From: Bacteroidota bacterium
GTDB lineage: Bacteria > Bacteroidota > Bacteroidia > Flavobacteriales_D > Sanyastnellaceae
Assembly: GCA_027619225.1 (NCBI GenBank)
Contig: JAQCFW010000003.1
Span: forward strand, 22,834 to 86,833
DNA: 64,000 nt
Direction: 5' to 3'
The position numbers and the translations under genes were made by a program. Positions 48,284 to 60,186 of this stretch are shown here, one piece after another (the first letter of the stretch is position 1; every line of letters starts with the position of its first letter). The notes under the pieces are model-generated. The model saw only the letters and a program-made list of their open reading frames with translations. It was not told the origin of the DNA and did not search any database.

Positions 48284-50430
48284 GAAGTGCAAGCAACAAC
48301 ATTTCAGAATCAACCATTAAAACCGGGAGGTTTTGGGTTCTTTTCGTAAGTCTATGCTTTGTCGGAATTGCAATTCTTTGGAGGATCTTTTGCATACAGA
48401 CTTTCGAACATGAACATTGGACGGAAAGAGGCGCTGAATTTCAACATAGCATAAGAAATATTGATCCTGCGAGAGGCCAAATCCAAGCAAGTGATGGGAG
48501 TTTATTAGCGACCTCTGTACCTGTTTACAATCTGAGATGGGACAGCAAGTGCGAAGCGATAAAATGGAGTGTTTACAACGAAAAATTTGATTCTTTGTGT
48601 TCTGGTTTTGCAAAGATCTTAGGAGGAGATTCCGAAGAATTTTCAAGGCTCTTTGAAGAAGCAAAAGCCAAGGGGAGTAGAGCTGCTTTATTCGCCAAAA
48701 ACATACCGTTTACGAAATACAAATCCTTAAAATCTCTTCCATTTGTCAGAGAGGGAAGGTATAAAAGTGGATTTGTTTTTGAGAGAAAGGAGGTGAGGAA
48801 AAAACCGTTTGGCCAACTGGCAAAAAGAACAATAGGGATAGATAGAGAGAATAGTCGAGTGGGGATTGAACTTGCCTGGAATAAGGAGCTTGGAGGGGTT
48901 GAAGGCAAGCAAATGCAGAAGCGAATTAGTGGCGGGACTTGGCTGCCCGTTACAGATGAATTTATTATCGAACCTCAAGAAGGACTTGATGTAGTAACCA
49001 CAATAGATATGCATCTTCAAGATGTTGCATCTTCAGCATTGAGAACGCAGCTTTTTAAGCACGATGCCGAGTGGGGGGTGGTCGTTCTTATGGAGGTGAA
49101 AACGGGATATGTTAGGGCGATCTCAAATCTCAAAAGGTTAGAAGATTCTAAAGGACTGCCCTACTACAATGAAAGTTACAATCACGCATTAGGCACGGCG
49201 GTTGAACCTGGATCGACCTTTAAACTAGCATCTCTTATGGCCTGCTTAGAATCGGGAAAAATGGGGCTCAATGATGTGGTAGATACGAAAAATGGCGAAT
49301 ATTCTTTCCATGATAGAAGAATGCGTGATTCGAATTGGAAGGATGGTGGTCATGGTAAAATCTCATTGCGTGAATGCTTCGAAATGTCCTCCAATATCGG
49401 CTCTGCTCTATCAGTAAAGCAATGCTTCAGTCTAGAGCCTCAGGAATTTTTAGATAAATTAAAGCGAATGGGGGTTACTGAACCTTTAGGTGTGAATCTG
49501 GTGGGAGAAGGAATCCCTCAAGTTTACTCATCAGTAGGAGAAGGCGATTGGTCTGGGATTTCATTAACTCAAATGGCTATAGGTTATGAGGTGACTCAGA
49601 CACCACTTCAAACCTTAGCTCTTTATGGTGCAATTGCAAACAACGGCAAGATGATGCGGCCAACTTTTGTTACTGAAACACAGCGAAAAGGGGTTACGGT
49701 AGAGAAATTCGAGCCGGTTGTTGTAAAAAATAATATTTGCTCTTCAAGCACTGTACGAGATTGCAAAATAATGCTTGAAAGTGCTTGCGCACCAGGTGGT
49801 AACGGAACAGCTTCCAACATATTCATTAACAAACCCTACACAGTTGCAGGGAAAACAGGAACATCAAAAATCACCGAAAACGGTGGATATGTAAGTGGTA
49901 GATACAGGGCGTCTTTCACAGGCTACTTCCCTGCAGATGATCCGGAATTCGTTTGTATCGTCGTCATCGCGGACACAAAAAGTGGGTCATACTACGGAAG
50001 CACTATTGCGGCTCCTGTATTTATGGACCTAGCCGATTTAATTTATGCAACAGACCCTTCCTTCCACACCATACGCGATGAACCATTACTCGCTTTGAAG
50101 GAAAGACATCTTCCAACATCAAAGAACGGAGCACGGGAAGAACTCGTGGGGCTATACGAGATTCTAGGAGTGCCTTTTGTCCAAACAAATGAAGAAGGAG
50201 ATTGGGTTAGGGTTACTACTGAATCCGACAATATAAAGCTGACCACACGAATATTTGAAGACAAAGCCGTTCCGGACGTACGAGGCATGGGTCTACGAGA
50301 CGCACTGTATTTACTTGAAAATTCGGGAGTTAAGGTGAGATATGAGGGGAATGGTACTGTTAGAACACAATCAATTCCTGCGGGCACTCCTCTGACACCT
50401 GAATCAACTATTAGAATTGAATTGTCGTGA
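48280..50430 (+). CDS. ftsI: Penicillin-binding protein 3 / peptidoglycan D,D-transpeptidase FtsI with a C-terminal PASTA domain
   Basis: N-terminal TM helix, a dimerisation domain, transpeptidase motifs STFK, SSN and KTGT, and a C-terminal VPDVRGMGLRDALYLLENSGVKVRYEGNGTV PASTA domain. Confidence 0.93.
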   Translation: MRSASNNISESTIKTGRFWVLFVSLCFVGIAILWRIFCIQTFEHEHWTERGAEFQHSIRNIDPARGQIQASDGSLLATSVPVYNLRWDSKCEAIKWSVYNEKFDSLCSGFAKILGGDSEEFSRLFEEAKAKGSRAALFAKNIPFTKYKSLKSLPFVREGRYKSGFVFERKEVRKKPFGQLAKRTIGIDRENSRVGIELAWNKELGGVEGKQMQKRISGGTWLPVTDEFIIEPQEGLDVVTTIDMHLQDVASSALRTQLFKHDAEWGVVVLMEVKTGYVRAISNLKRLEDSKGLPYYNESYNHALGTAVEPGSTFKLASLMACLESGKMGLNDVVDTKNGEYSFHDRRMRDSNWKDGGHGKISLRECFEMSSNIGSALSVKQCFSLEPQEFLDKLKRMGVTEPLGVNLVGEGIPQVYSSVGEGDWSGISLTQMAIGYEVTQTPLQTLALYGAIANNGKMMRPTFVTETQRKGVTVEKFEPVVVKNNICSSSTVRDCKIMLESACAPGGNGTASNIFINKPYTVAGKTGTSKITENGGYVSGRYRASFTGYFPADDPEFVCIVVIADTKSGSYYGSTIAAPVFMDLADLIYATDPSFHTIRDEPLLALKERHLPTSKNGAREELVGLYEILGVPFVQTNEEGDWVRVTTESDNIKLTTRIFEDKAVPDVRGMGLRDALYLLENSGVKVRYEGNGTVRTQSIPAGTPLTPESTIRIELS

Positions 50431-51890
50431 AAATACTTAAAGATTTACTATACGACGCAAGGATTTCCGAGATTCACGGAACAACTCACACGGCCGTTGA
50501 GGGCATAGGGATAGACTCCCGTGAGGTAAAGCCTATGGGGCTTTTTATAGCCATTAAAGGCACACAGGTTGATGGGCATGATTATATCAAGCAGGCAATT
50601 ACAAACGGAGCCACAACTGTTATATGTGAACATATTTCCGAAGATTTAATTCGGCCCGCATCTGTCACGTTTGTTGTTGTCAAAAACAGTTCAACTGCTT
50701 TAGGAAATATCGCTGCGGCATATTACGACCACCCTTCTAATGATATGAAAATCGTTGCTGTTACAGGCACAAACGGCAAAACCACAACTGTGACATTACT
50801 CCACAACCTGTTCAGAATGCTCGATCGAAAAGCAGGACTAATAGGTACGGTTGAGAATAGAATCATCGACAAAGTAGTTAAAGCTACTCATACTACTCCG
50901 GATGCGCTAAGCTTACAGAAGCTATTTAGGAAAATGGTCGATTTAGGTTGCAAATTTTGTTTTATCGAAGCAAGTTCTCACGCAATAGATCAAAATAGAC
51001 TGTCAGGAACTAAAATATCCGGGGCAGTTTTTACAAACATCACACACGATCATTTAGACTATCACAAAACGATAGACAACTATATCGTAGCTAAGAAAAA
51101 GCTCTTTGACATGCTACCTGTTAATGCGTTTGCATTAATTAATTCCGATGACAATAATCACCAAGACATTACAACAAACTGTAAAGCAAAAATTTCAACT
51201 TATGGTATCGCATCGATCGCTGACATAAAAGGAAGAATAGTTGAAAATCAACTGCACGGTCTTCACGTACACATTGATGGCCAGGACCTCTACTCAAGGT
51301 TAGTGGGTGCGTTTAATGCTTCTAACCTGTTAGCCGTTTATGGAGTAGCGAAGCTCTTGGGATTTGACGCACTTGACTCATTAACCCAGATGTCACTATT
51401 AAAGCCTCCTGCCGGAAGGTTTGAGCTTGTTGAAAGTCCCGATGGAATTACAGCAATTGTAGACTACGCACACACTCCGGACGCATTAGAAAACATATTA
51501 AAAACTGTTTTAACTTTCAAAAAAGGGCAGGATAGGATCATTACCGTTGTCGGGTGTGGTGGAGATAGAGATGTTACTAAAAGGCCCATTATGGCACGTG
51601 TTGCGGCAAAAGATTCTGACAGGGTATTCCTCACCTCTGACAATCCTCGAACAGAAGATCCAGCAGCCATACTCGAGGACATGAAATCCGGGTTAGATCC
51701 AATTGAAATGCGTAAATGCATCTCTATTACAGACCGAAAAGAAGCAATACGAGCTGCAGCTCTATTTGCTGAGCCTGGAGACATTGTAATTGTCGCAGGT
51801 AAGGGTCACGAAACCTATCAAGAAATTAATGGCGTAAAACACGATTTCGACGATAGAGTCGTGTTGCGTGAAGCTTTCATAACTGCATAA
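50427..51890 (+). CDS. murE: UDP-N-acetylmuramoyl-L-alanyl-D-glutamate--2,6-diaminopimelate ligase
   Basis: [11 protein letters not shown]-loop, [11 protein letters not shown] and the DNPR motif ([10 protein letters not shown]) indicating meso-DAP specificity. Confidence 0.94.
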   Translation: MKILKDLLYDARISEIHGTTHTAVEGIGIDSREVKPMGLFIAIKGTQVDGHDYIKQAITNGATTVICEHISEDLIRPASVTFVVVKNSSTALGNIAAAYYDHPSNDMKIVAVTGTNGKTTTVTLLHNLFRMLDRKAGLIGTVENRIIDKVVKATHTTPDALSLQKLFRKMVDLGCKFCFIEASSHAIDQNRLSGTKISGAVFTNITHDHLDYHKTIDNYIVAKKKLFDMLPVNAFALINSDDNNHQDITTNCKAKISTYGIASIADIKGRIVENQLHGLHVHIDGQDLYSRLVGAFNASNLLAVYGVAKLLGFDALDSLTQMSLLKPPAGRFELVESPDGITAIVDYAHTPDALENILKTVLTFKKGQDRIITVVGCGGDRDVTKRPIMARVAAKDSDRVFLTSDNPRTEDPAAILEDMKSGLDPIEMRKCISITDRKEAIRAAALFAEPGDIVIVAGKGHETYQEINGVKHDFDDRVVLREAFITA

Positions 51891-51891
51891 T

Positions 51892-53082
51892 ATGTTATAT
51901 CATTTATTCACATATTTAGATACTGCGTACGATTTACCAGGTGCTGGACTTTTTAAATTCGTCACTTTCAGGGCGGCCATGAGCTTAATCACCTCATTAA
52001 TCATAGGTATATCATTCGGAAAAACGATTATTGAGTGGTTGCAAGTGAAGCAGGTTGGTGAAATCGTCCGTGATTTAGGTCTTGAAGGCCAAATAGAAAA
52101 ACGCGGCACCCCTACCATGGGCGGAATCATCATCCTAACCGCAATCCTAGTTCCCACTTTGCTTTTTAACGATCTCACTAATGTGTACACACACATGATG
52201 ATGATTGCGACTATTTGGCTTGGAACAATCGGATTCATTGATGATTACATTAAAGTACACAAAAAGAACAAAGATGGTTTAGCAGGTAAGTTTAAGATCG
52301 TGGGACAAATAGGAGTGGGTCTCATTATAGGAGCCATCATGATGTGGCATCCCGATGTATTGATAAAAGAACTAGGGGCAGACGGTCTGTGGAGTGAAAT
52401 TCGATCTACTACTACAACAATTCCTTTTGTAAAGGGAAATAGTTTTGATTACATGTGGCTTATAAGCTGGGCATTTGATGATGTCTCAACATGGGTTTGG
52501 ATTGCATTCATACCAATCACAATCCTTATTGTAACAGCAGTTTCAAATGGAGCCAATTTAACGGACGGGCTCGATGGTTTGGCAACAGGTTCTAGTGCAA
52601 TAATAGGTATGACATTAGCTGTACTGGCTTATGTCAGCTCTAACACCGTGATTGCGGAGTATCTGAACATTATGTACATTCCTGGGTCTGAGGAACTGGT
52701 TGTATTCAGCGCAGCATTTGTAGGAGCGTGCGTTGCCTTCTTGTGGTATAATGCTTTTCCAGCACAAGTTTTCATGGGGGATACTGGATCGCTAGCATTG
52801 GGTGGGATTATCGCAGTCTTTGCTATTGCGATTCGCAAAGAACTTCTGATTCCAGTTTTATGTGGCATTTTCTTGATTGAGAATCTCAGTGTAATCATGC
52901 AAGTTGGTTGGTTTAAATACTCGAAAAAGAAGTATGGGGAAGGACGACGAATCTTATTGATGGCTCCACTTCACCACCACTACCAAAAGAAAAATATTCA
53001 CGAATCTAAAATTACAGCCCGATTCTGGATTGTGGGGATTCTGCTAGCTGTTATAACGATTGTAACACTAAAAATTAGATAA
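51892..53082 (+). CDS. mraY: Phospho-N-acetylmuramoyl-pentapeptide transferase
   Basis: It has ten predicted TM segments. Motifs are [27 protein letters not shown] and APLHHH. Confidence 0.96.
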   Translation: MLYHLFTYLDTAYDLPGAGLFKFVTFRAAMSLITSLIIGISFGKTIIEWLQVKQVGEIVRDLGLEGQIEKRGTPTMGGIIILTAILVPTLLFNDLTNVYTHMMMIATIWLGTIGFIDDYIKVHKKNKDGLAGKFKIVGQIGVGLIIGAIMMWHPDVLIKELGADGLWSEIRSTTTTIPFVKGNSFDYMWLISWAFDDVSTWVWIAFIPITILIVTAVSNGANLTDGLDGLATGSSAIIGMTLAVLAYVSSNTVIAEYLNIMYIPGSEELVVFSAAFVGACVAFLWYNAFPAQVFMGDTGSLALGGIIAVFAIAIRKELLIPVLCGIFLIENLSVIMQVGWFKYSKKKYGEGRRILLMAPLHHHYQKKNIHESKITARFWIVGILLAVITIVTLKIR

Positions 53083-53093
53083 CTAGAATCCAA

Positions 53094-54455
53094 ATGTCTG
53101 AGAATATACTCATATTAGGTGCCGGTGAAAGTGGTGTAGGAGCAGCAAAATTAGCTCTTACACTAGGCTTCACGCCTTTCGTGAGTGATTCCGGAGCGGG
53201 TAAAAAATCTCTTTTAGGTGAATTGAAAAGCTTGGGGATTAGGTATGAGATCGAAGGCCACAATCCAGACAATTGGGTTTCCTCTACAACGGTAATTAAA
53301 AGCCCTGGCATACCAGACACTGCATCAATTTTAACTCCATTAAGAGCTAGTGGATCCGAAATAATAAGCGAAATAGAATTTGCAAGTCGGTATTCCAAGG
53401 GAAAAGTGGTAGCGATTACAGGAGCAAACGGAAAAACTACGACTACTGCATTAATTCATAGGATGCTTACTGATGCAGGAGTGAATGCAGCGTGTGTAGG
53501 GAATATCGGCACAAGTTGGGCGAGAGATATCGCAGAACGAAAAACACCAGCTGAAGTAACTGTCGTAGAAGCGAGCAGTTTCCAACTCGATGGGATCACC
53601 ACCTTTCGTCCAGATATCGCAGTGCTACTGAATATCACGCCAGATCATTTAGATAGGTATGATAACAGTTTAGAGAACTACTCCGCTTCAAAATGGCGCA
53701 TCACAACAAACCAAACCTCGAGTGACTACCTGGTATATAACTCTGACGACGTAGAAATCGATAGACATATAAAGGCAAGAAATACTAAAGCTACCCTAGT
53801 TGCAGTGAGCATCAACAAGCGATTTGAATCTACTGGATTTAATGCATGCTTGGGCCTTAAAAAAAAAGAATTTACAATACACACACCATATAAAAAACCA
53901 TTTTCAATGACCATACAAGAACTCGCCCTTCAAGGCAAACACAATCTATTTAACTCTATGGCTGCAGGAGTTACCGGAAGAATTTTAGAACTTCGCAACG
54001 AGGGAATTCGCGAAAGTCTTACTCATTTTGAGGGAATTGAACACAGATTGGAATTCATTGCTACAGTGAATGATATTAAATTCATAAACGACAGCAAAGC
54101 TACAAACGTTAATAGTGTTTGGTATGCATTAGAGTGCATGGAAACTCCTGTGATTTGGGTTGCTGGAGGAGTTGATAAGGGAAATGATTACAGTGATTTA
54201 CTATCCCTAGTAGAGAAAAAGGTAAAGCACTTAATCTGCTTGGGAAAGGACAACAAGAAACTAATTAAAACATTTTCACATCTAGTAGAAAGTGTACATG
54301 TAGCTAAAACGGCAACCGAAGCAGTTCAAATCGCCTATGATCTTGGAACTCCTAACGATACGGTACTCCTTTCACCTGCTTGCGCAAGTTTTGATATTTT
54401 CGGAAGCTATGAGGAGAGAGGATTTAAATTTAAGCAAGCCGTAAAGGGACTCTAA
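53094..54455 (+). CDS. murD: UDP-N-acetylmuramoylalanine--D-glutamate ligase
   Basis: ILGAGESGVGAA Rossmann start, ITGANGKTTTT, NITPDHLDRY and NDSKATN. Confidence 0.95.
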   Translation: MSENILILGAGESGVGAAKLALTLGFTPFVSDSGAGKKSLLGELKSLGIRYEIEGHNPDNWVSSTTVIKSPGIPDTASILTPLRASGSEIISEIEFASRYSKGKVVAITGANGKTTTTALIHRMLTDAGVNAACVGNIGTSWARDIAERKTPAEVTVVEASSFQLDGITTFRPDIAVLLNITPDHLDRYDNSLENYSASKWRITTNQTSSDYLVYNSDDVEIDRHIKARNTKATLVAVSINKRFESTGFNACLGLKKKEFTIHTPYKKPFSMTIQELALQGKHNLFNSMAAGVTGRILELRNEGIRESLTHFEGIEHRLEFIATVNDIKFINDSKATNVNSVWYALECMETPVIWVAGGVDKGNDYSDLLSLVEKKVKHLICLGKDNKKLIKTFSHLVESVHVAKTATEAVQIAYDLGTPNDTVLLSPACASFDIFGSYEERGFKFKQAVKGL

Positions 54456-55634
54456 ATGTCCGAGTGGGCACAAATAATTCGAGGACGACTCGAAGGTGAT
54501 AAAGTCATTTGGATGATTGCGCTAATTCTCAGCGTTGTATCACTCCTATCTGTCTATAGCGCCATTTCGTCTCTTGCCTACAAAGCAAATGGCAATTTCC
54601 TATACTTTTTTATAAAGCAAGGATCATTTCTTCTTTTAGGCCTCGCAGTGATGTTTGTGGTCCATAAAATTCACTACAAATACTTTGCACGTTTGGCTAA
54701 TTTTATATTAGCGGCGGCGATATTTACGCTAATATTAACACTAATATTCGGAGCAGATATTAACGAAGCAAAACGATGGTTGAAAGTTCCTTTTACGAAC
54801 CTTACACTTCAAACATCTGACTTTGCAAAGGTTGCTCTTGTACTGTGGATCGCAAAAGAATTGCATGTTAGAAAAGATCGGTTAGATGATTTTAGAGGAG
54901 AGGTCGCTCCCATATTAATCAGGATAGGACTAGTGTGTGGTCTGATTCTACCAGCCGATTTTTCAACTGCAGCACTTTTAGGTCTTGTCGCATTGAGCAT
55001 GTTATTTATAGGAGGAGTGCCTTTTAAGGGGCTATTAAAAACGATAGGATATATCATGATTTTTGGCATCTCGATATATGGGGTGAGTAAAGTAGCTCCA
55101 GATTTATTTCCCAGAACTAGTACCTGGGTTCATCGAGTTGAACAATTTGTAGGGTTAAGTCATAGCAACCCAGATGTAGCCCATCGTGCTGGAGGTTCTG
55201 CTGAATACCAAATAGACCTCGCCCAAGTGGCTATAAATCACGGTGGAATTTTACCTTCTGGCCCAGGATCAGGCACCTCAAGAAATTTCTTACCTCACCC
55301 CTACTCAGACATGATTTACGCCTTTATTATAGAAGAGTGGGGAGCGTTAATAGGAGGTTTTGGATTGTTGCTTTTATATTACATATTGTTTTACAGAACA
55401 ATACAAGCGGCAAGAAAATGTGAGAGGCCGTTTGGAAGTTATCTTGCAATGGGACTTGGACTCATGATTACGATGCAAGCTTTGATAAATATGGGTGTTT
55501 CAGTCAGGCTTCTACCCACAACTGGACAACCACTACCATTAGTGAGTTTTGGAGGAACGTCATTGTTATTTACATGCCTATCAATCGGGTTAATTCTTTC
55601 TGTGAGCAGGGCTCCAATGTTAGATGCTAAATGA
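54456..55634 (+). CDS. ftsW: Peptidoglycan glycosyltransferase FtsW (SEDS family)
   Basis: Polytopic protein between murD and murG, with conserved LQTSDFAKV, TDMIYAFIIEEWG and TGQPLPLVSFGGTS. Confidence 0.93.
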   Translation: MSEWAQIIRGRLEGDKVIWMIALILSVVSLLSVYSAISSLAYKANGNFLYFFIKQGSFLLLGLAVMFVVHKIHYKYFARLANFILAAAIFTLILTLIFGADINEAKRWLKVPFTNLTLQTSDFAKVALVLWIAKELHVRKDRLDDFRGEVAPILIRIGLVCGLILPADFSTAALLGLVALSMLFIGGVPFKGLLKTIGYIMIFGISIYGVSKVAPDLFPRTSTWVHRVEQFVGLSHSNPDVAHRAGGSAEYQIDLAQVAINHGGILPSGPGSGTSRNFLPHPYSDMIYAFIIEEWGALIGGFGLLLLYYILFYRTIQAARKCERPFGSYLAMGLGLMITMQALINMGVSVRLLPTTGQPLPLVSFGGTSLLFTCLSIGLILSVSRAPMLDAK

Positions 55635-56767
55635 TAAGACGCGTCTTGATATCAGGAGGAGGATCTGGCGGACACATCCAACCTGCGTTAGCAATCGCAG
55701 ATGAAATTGTACGCCGTTACCCCAAAGTACAAATCAGGTTTGTCGGAGCGAAGGGAAGGATGGAAATGGAAAAGGTGCCACAAGCTGGATATGAGATAGA
55801 TGGATTGTGGATCAGCGGATTACAGCGTAGCCTTATTAATCTGAAAAATATCAGCTTTCCCTTTAAGCTTATATATAGTCTCATAAAAGCTGGTACATTA
55901 CTAAATAGATACAACCCTGAAGTTGTAATAGGTGTGGGCGGATACGCCAGTGGGCCATTGCTTTATAGAGCATCTCGAAAAGGAATACCCACACTTATTC
56001 AAGAGCAAAATTCTTTTCCTGGAATAACAAACAGAATATTAGCCCGTAAAGTAAATAAGGTTTGTGCTGGATTTCCAGGTTTAGACAGGTGGTTCCCTAA
56101 AGACCGTATAGTAGAAACGGGTAACCCTCTCAGGGAAGCGGTCTTAAAACTCGCTGACTCTAAATCAAGCGCTACAAAATCAACAGCGATATCACATTTT
56201 AATTTAGATACATCTAAACCAGTCGTATTTATTATGGGCGGAAGTCTGGGTGCATTGTCTATGAATATGGCCGTTCGTAATGTATTAGAAAGCTCAAATA
56301 ATGAGTTGATGTATTCTGTGATTTGGCAATGTGGTTCACGTTTTTTTGATGAAAATGCTAAGTGGCTTGATGCATTTAGCAAAAAGAATTCAAAGACAGC
56401 TGAGTGCGTAACATGTCTTGGATTTATTGACAGGATGGACCTTGCCTATGCTGCTTCAGATCTGATCGCTAGTAGAGCAGGAGCTATGTCTATTTCTGAA
56501 CTTGCCTTGGTTGCAAAACCAACGCTACTCATACCCTCTCCTAACGTTGCTGAAGATCACCAAACAAAAAATGCCAAATCTCTTGTAGATCGTGGTGCCG
56601 CAATACTAATTAAAGATTGTGACGTAGTTCAAGGTTTAAAAAACCACATTGAGAATTTACTGAAGGATGAAACTACGAGGCAAGAAATGACGATCAACTT
56701 AAAAAAAGCTGCACGCCCTAATGCATCTTATCAAATAGTTGATGAAGTTGAAAAGCTACTCAGATAA
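55631..56767 (+). CDS. murG: UDP-N-acetylglucosamine--N-acetylmuramyl-(pentapeptide) pyrophosphoryl-undecaprenol GlcNAc transferase
   Basis: ISGGGSGGHIQPALAI, GGYASGP, IMGGSLGA and EDHQTKNA. Confidence 0.95.
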   Translation: MIRRVLISGGGSGGHIQPALAIADEIVRRYPKVQIRFVGAKGRMEMEKVPQAGYEIDGLWISGLQRSLINLKNISFPFKLIYSLIKAGTLLNRYNPEVVIGVGGYASGPLLYRASRKGIPTLIQEQNSFPGITNRILARKVNKVCAGFPGLDRWFPKDRIVETGNPLREAVLKLADSKSSATKSTAISHFNLDTSKPVVFIMGGSLGALSMNMAVRNVLESSNNELMYSVIWQCGSRFFDENAKWLDAFSKKNSKTAECVTCLGFIDRMDLAYAASDLIASRAGAMSISELALVAKPTLLIPSPNVAEDHQTKNAKSLVDRGAAILIKDCDVVQGLKNHIENLLKDETTRQEMTINLKKAARPNASYQIVDEVEKLLR

Positions 56768-56769
56768 AA

Positions 56770-58134
56770 ATGAGAAAAAACGTTGCATATTTCATAGGCA
56801 TTGGTGGAGCTGGAATGAGTTCTATTGCGAGGTATTTGAACAAAAAGGGTTGGAGTGTATCTGGATATGATAAAACAGAAACCCCGTTAACTGATCAACT
56901 CAAACAAGAGGGGATAAACATCAATTTCGAGATCGTTGATTCGTCCATTCCTGAGGAAATTAAAAAAGTTGATTTGTTACTTGTCACCACTCCAGCAATT
57001 TCTTCAGATCACCCACACCTGGTTGCGCTCAAAAAATTAGGTCACAACGCAATCAAAAGAGCGGAGCTATTGGGGGAAATAACAAAGTCTAAAGCTACAC
57101 TCGCAATTTCTGGCACCCACGGTAAAACTTCTACCACTGCACTTTTAGCACATATAATTGACGGCACACCTCAAAGATGTAATGCATTTATCGGAGGCAT
57201 CTCGGCTGAAATAGATAGCAATCTATACTATTCACCCAATGCAAAATGGAATATAGTTGAAGCTGATGAATTTGACCGGAGTTTCCATCACCTTCATCCA
57301 ACTCACGCAGTGATCACTTCATTAGATCCAGATCATTTAGATGTGTATGGAAGTGAACCGAATTTTATAGAAGCATTCAAGATATTTGCCTCTCAAGTAA
57401 AAGAAAAGGTAGTCATACACCACTCGATAGCCACTACTTTCAATAATCTACAAAATATAGAGACATACGGATTAGAGGATTGTTCATTCACTCATTACGC
57501 TACCGATTTATCCCAAACAAGTTCAGGCACTTCATTTACGCTGAGTTTAGGAAATGGCAAAATGGTGATTCCTCACGCTCGAGTAGACTTAATGGGCAAA
57601 CACAATCTTGAAAACATCGTTGCCGCAGCAGCTTTAGCTTATTTAGCTGGAGCTGACAAGGGAATTATAAGCTCTAGAATAAATTCATTTAAGGGGATTT
57701 ACAGACGCTTTCAAATTCATTTAAATTCTAAATATAAAGTCTACATAGACGATTATGCCCATCACCCTACCGAGTTAAGAAAAACCATTGAAGCGGTAAG
57801 GACACATTTTCCTGGCAAACATTTAACGGTAATTTTCCAACCACATTTATACTCAAGAACATTAGACCAAATTGACGGGTTTGTTCATGAATTGAGGAAA
57901 ACTGATAGGCTATTTCTACTTCCAATCTATGCTGCTAGAGAAAATCCCATACCAGGTTTCAATACACAATCGCTGTTTGAAAAGATCTCGCACCCCCATG
58001 GAAAAACCTCAACAAAAAATTCCATCTTAGATAACTTAAAGGCACACCCCGTGGAAATCCTCTTAACTGTAGGAGCTGGAGACATTAGTCTGATAGTTCC
58101 AAAGCTAAAAAAATGGATAACCATGAAAGCCTAA
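56770..58134 (+). CDS. murC: UDP-N-acetylmuramate--L-alanine ligase
   Basis: FIGIGGAGMSSIARYL, ISGTHGKTSTT and DDYAHHPTE. Confidence 0.95.
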   Translation: MRKNVAYFIGIGGAGMSSIARYLNKKGWSVSGYDKTETPLTDQLKQEGININFEIVDSSIPEEIKKVDLLLVTTPAISSDHPHLVALKKLGHNAIKRAELLGEITKSKATLAISGTHGKTSTTALLAHIIDGTPQRCNAFIGGISAEIDSNLYYSPNAKWNIVEADEFDRSFHHLHPTHAVITSLDPDHLDVYGSEPNFIEAFKIFASQVKEKVVIHHSIATTFNNLQNIETYGLEDCSFTHYATDLSQTSSGTSFTLSLGNGKMVIPHARVDLMGKHNLENIVAAAALAYLAGADKGIISSRINSFKGIYRRFQIHLNSKYKVYIDDYAHHPTELRKTIEAVRTHFPGKHLTVIFQPHLYSRTLDQIDGFVHELRKTDRLFLLPIYAARENPIPGFNTQSLFEKISHPHGKTSTKNSILDNLKAHPVEILLTVGAGDISLIVPKLKKWITMKA

Positions 58135-58141
58135 GGTTATC

Positions 58142-58870
58142 ATGAAGTCAAGCACAGCAACAATCCTCAGCACATCAGTCCTCATCGGATGTATCATTAC
58201 GTTGCTCGGATTTACGTATGCTGACAAAGATGAAAAACGTATCACATCTATCAACATCTCAATAATTGATGACGTTAATAGTAAGTTTTTAACGGTCCCA
58301 CGCGTCCGAACTCACCTCGATTCATACGGTAAAATTATAGGAGAGCTTAAAAAAGATGTCCAATTAGAGGCTATTCACGCTCACTTGACAAATATCCCAA
58401 GTGTTTTAAATGTAACAATTTTCTCAAATTTTAATGGGGAATTAGTCATCCAGCTTGTTCAGCGTAGAGCTCAAGCAAGAGTTCATCTTGAAGAGTCCAC
58501 AGATTATTACATTGATGAATTAGGTGGATCTATGCCTTTAGACCCGAATTATTCTGCACGTGTTCCAATTATTCACGCGAAAAATAGTGAAGAAGTGAAT
58601 CAGGCATTTTTGTTTATCAAGAAGATCGAGAATGATGAATTTTGGACTTCTCTGATAGACCAAATTATAGTTCACCCTCTCGGTGAATTAGAAATAATAC
58701 CCAGAATTGGTGCAAGAGTGTTTCTTGGTTCATCACCAGATCCTGATGAGTTAAGAAAGAATTTATTGACTTTTTATAGAGCCCAAATAAAAACGGGCAA
58801 TCTTAAGAACTACTCACGTATTGACTTGAGCTATAAAAACCAGGTTATCGCAAAAAGACACGTTTATTAA
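58142..58870 (+). CDS. ftsQ: Cell-division protein FtsQ
   Basis: 242 aa with an N-terminal TM helix followed by POTRA-like and FtsQ-type domains. It sits between murC and ftsA. Confidence 0.8.
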   Translation: MKSSTATILSTSVLIGCIITLLGFTYADKDEKRITSINISIIDDVNSKFLTVPRVRTHLDSYGKIIGELKKDVQLEAIHAHLTNIPSVLNVTIFSNFNGELVIQLVQRRAQARVHLEESTDYYIDELGGSMPLDPNYSARVPIIHAKNSEEVNQAFLFIKKIENDEFWTSLIDQIIVHPLGELEIIPRIGARVFLGSSPDPDELRKNLLTFYRAQIKTGNLKNYSRIDLSYKNQVIAKRHVY

Positions 58871-58879
58871 TACACACCC

Positions 58880-60163
58880 ATGGAAAACGAATTACAATCA
58901 ACAGACCCTGAGATTATTGTAGGACTAGATATTGGAACAACTAAAATAGCTTGCTTCGTAGGTCAGAAAAATGAACATGGTAAAATTGAAATCCTCGGTT
59001 ACGGAAAAAGCAACTCCGTGGGCGTCTCGCGCGGGGTTGTGTCTAACATAGAAAGAACAGTTAGTTCTATAAAGCAAGCAGTAAAAGCTGCGGAAGAAGA
59101 TTCTGGTGTAGGGATTAAAATTGTGAACGTAGGGATCGCTGGTCAACACATCAAAAGCCTTCAACACAGGGGAATGATTACTCGTGAAAATATAGATGAC
59201 GAAATAAGTCGCAAAGACATAAACGCTCTTATCGATGATATGAGTCGTTTGGTAATGCAACCAGGTGCACAAATACTTCACGTTCTACCACAAGAGTACA
59301 CAGTAGATAGTGAGCCGGGAATAAAAGACCCTGTAGGAATGGCAGGAGTTCGTTTAGAAGCAAACTTTCACATTATTACAGGAGATATCGCCGCTGCAAA
59401 AAATATATACCGTTGTATAACAAAAGCCGGTTTAGAAATAGACCAACTTGTCCTCGAACCTCTCGCCTCTTCATCGTCTGTCCTTACAGAAGAAGAAAAA
59501 GAAGCGGGAATTGCACTTGTAGATATCGGAGGTGGAACAACGGACATCGCAATTTTTCAAGATGGTATTATCCGACATACAGCAGTAATACCCTTTGGGG
59601 GAAAAGTGATCAGTAGTGATATAAGCCAGGGGTGTAACATTATGGAAAAGCAAGCTGAGAAATTAAAATGTAAGTTTGGCTCAGCCCTAGCAAATGAAAT
59701 GAAGGACAACGAAATCGTTTGTATTCCGGGGTTAGCAGGAAGAAAACCCAAGGAAATCTCACTTCACATTCTTGCCAACATAATTGAAGCTCGCATGGAA
59801 GAAATTATCGAGCATGTAGATTATGAAATAAAGGCCTCAGGTTTCCGTGATCAATTAATCGGTGGTATCGTAGTTACAGGCGGTGGGTCTCAATTGAGAC
59901 ACATTACACAGTTATTTCAATATCACACAGGGTTAGATTGTAGAGTAGGTTACCCAAATGAGCATCTTCACGAGCCGCCACAAGACACAAATATCCCATC
60001 ATTCTCAACTGGAGTAGGATTGGTAATTAGAGGTTATGAAGAAGCCGCAAAGAATCATCATGAAACAAAAAGGTCTGAAGTAAAAGGAAATAGATCTGGA
60101 TTCATGGATGAATTTATGAAAACCATTAAAGAGTGGTTTGAAAAAGAAGAAGATACACAATAG
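58880..60163 (+). CDS. ftsA: Cell-division protein FtsA
   Basis: Actin-fold motifs VGLDIGTTKIACFVG, VDIGGGTTDIAIF and VVTGGGSQL, with a C-terminal amphipathic FMDEFMKTIKEWFE membrane-targeting helix. Confidence 0.95.
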   Translation: MENELQSTDPEIIVGLDIGTTKIACFVGQKNEHGKIEILGYGKSNSVGVSRGVVSNIERTVSSIKQAVKAAEEDSGVGIKIVNVGIAGQHIKSLQHRGMITRENIDDEISRKDINALIDDMSRLVMQPGAQILHVLPQEYTVDSEPGIKDPVGMAGVRLEANFHIITGDIAAAKNIYRCITKAGLEIDQLVLEPLASSSSVLTEEEKEAGIALVDIGGGTTDIAIFQDGIIRHTAVIPFGGKVISSDISQGCNIMEKQAEKLKCKFGSALANEMKDNEIVCIPGLAGRKPKEISLHILANIIEARMEEIIEHVDYEIKASGFRDQLIGGIVVTGGGSQLRHITQLFQYHTGLDCRVGYPNEHLHEPPQDTNIPSFSTGVGLVIRGYEEAAKNHHETKRSEVKGNRSGFMDEFMKTIKEWFEKEEDTQ

Positions 60164-60186
60164 CCCAACCGAAAAAAATATTTTAA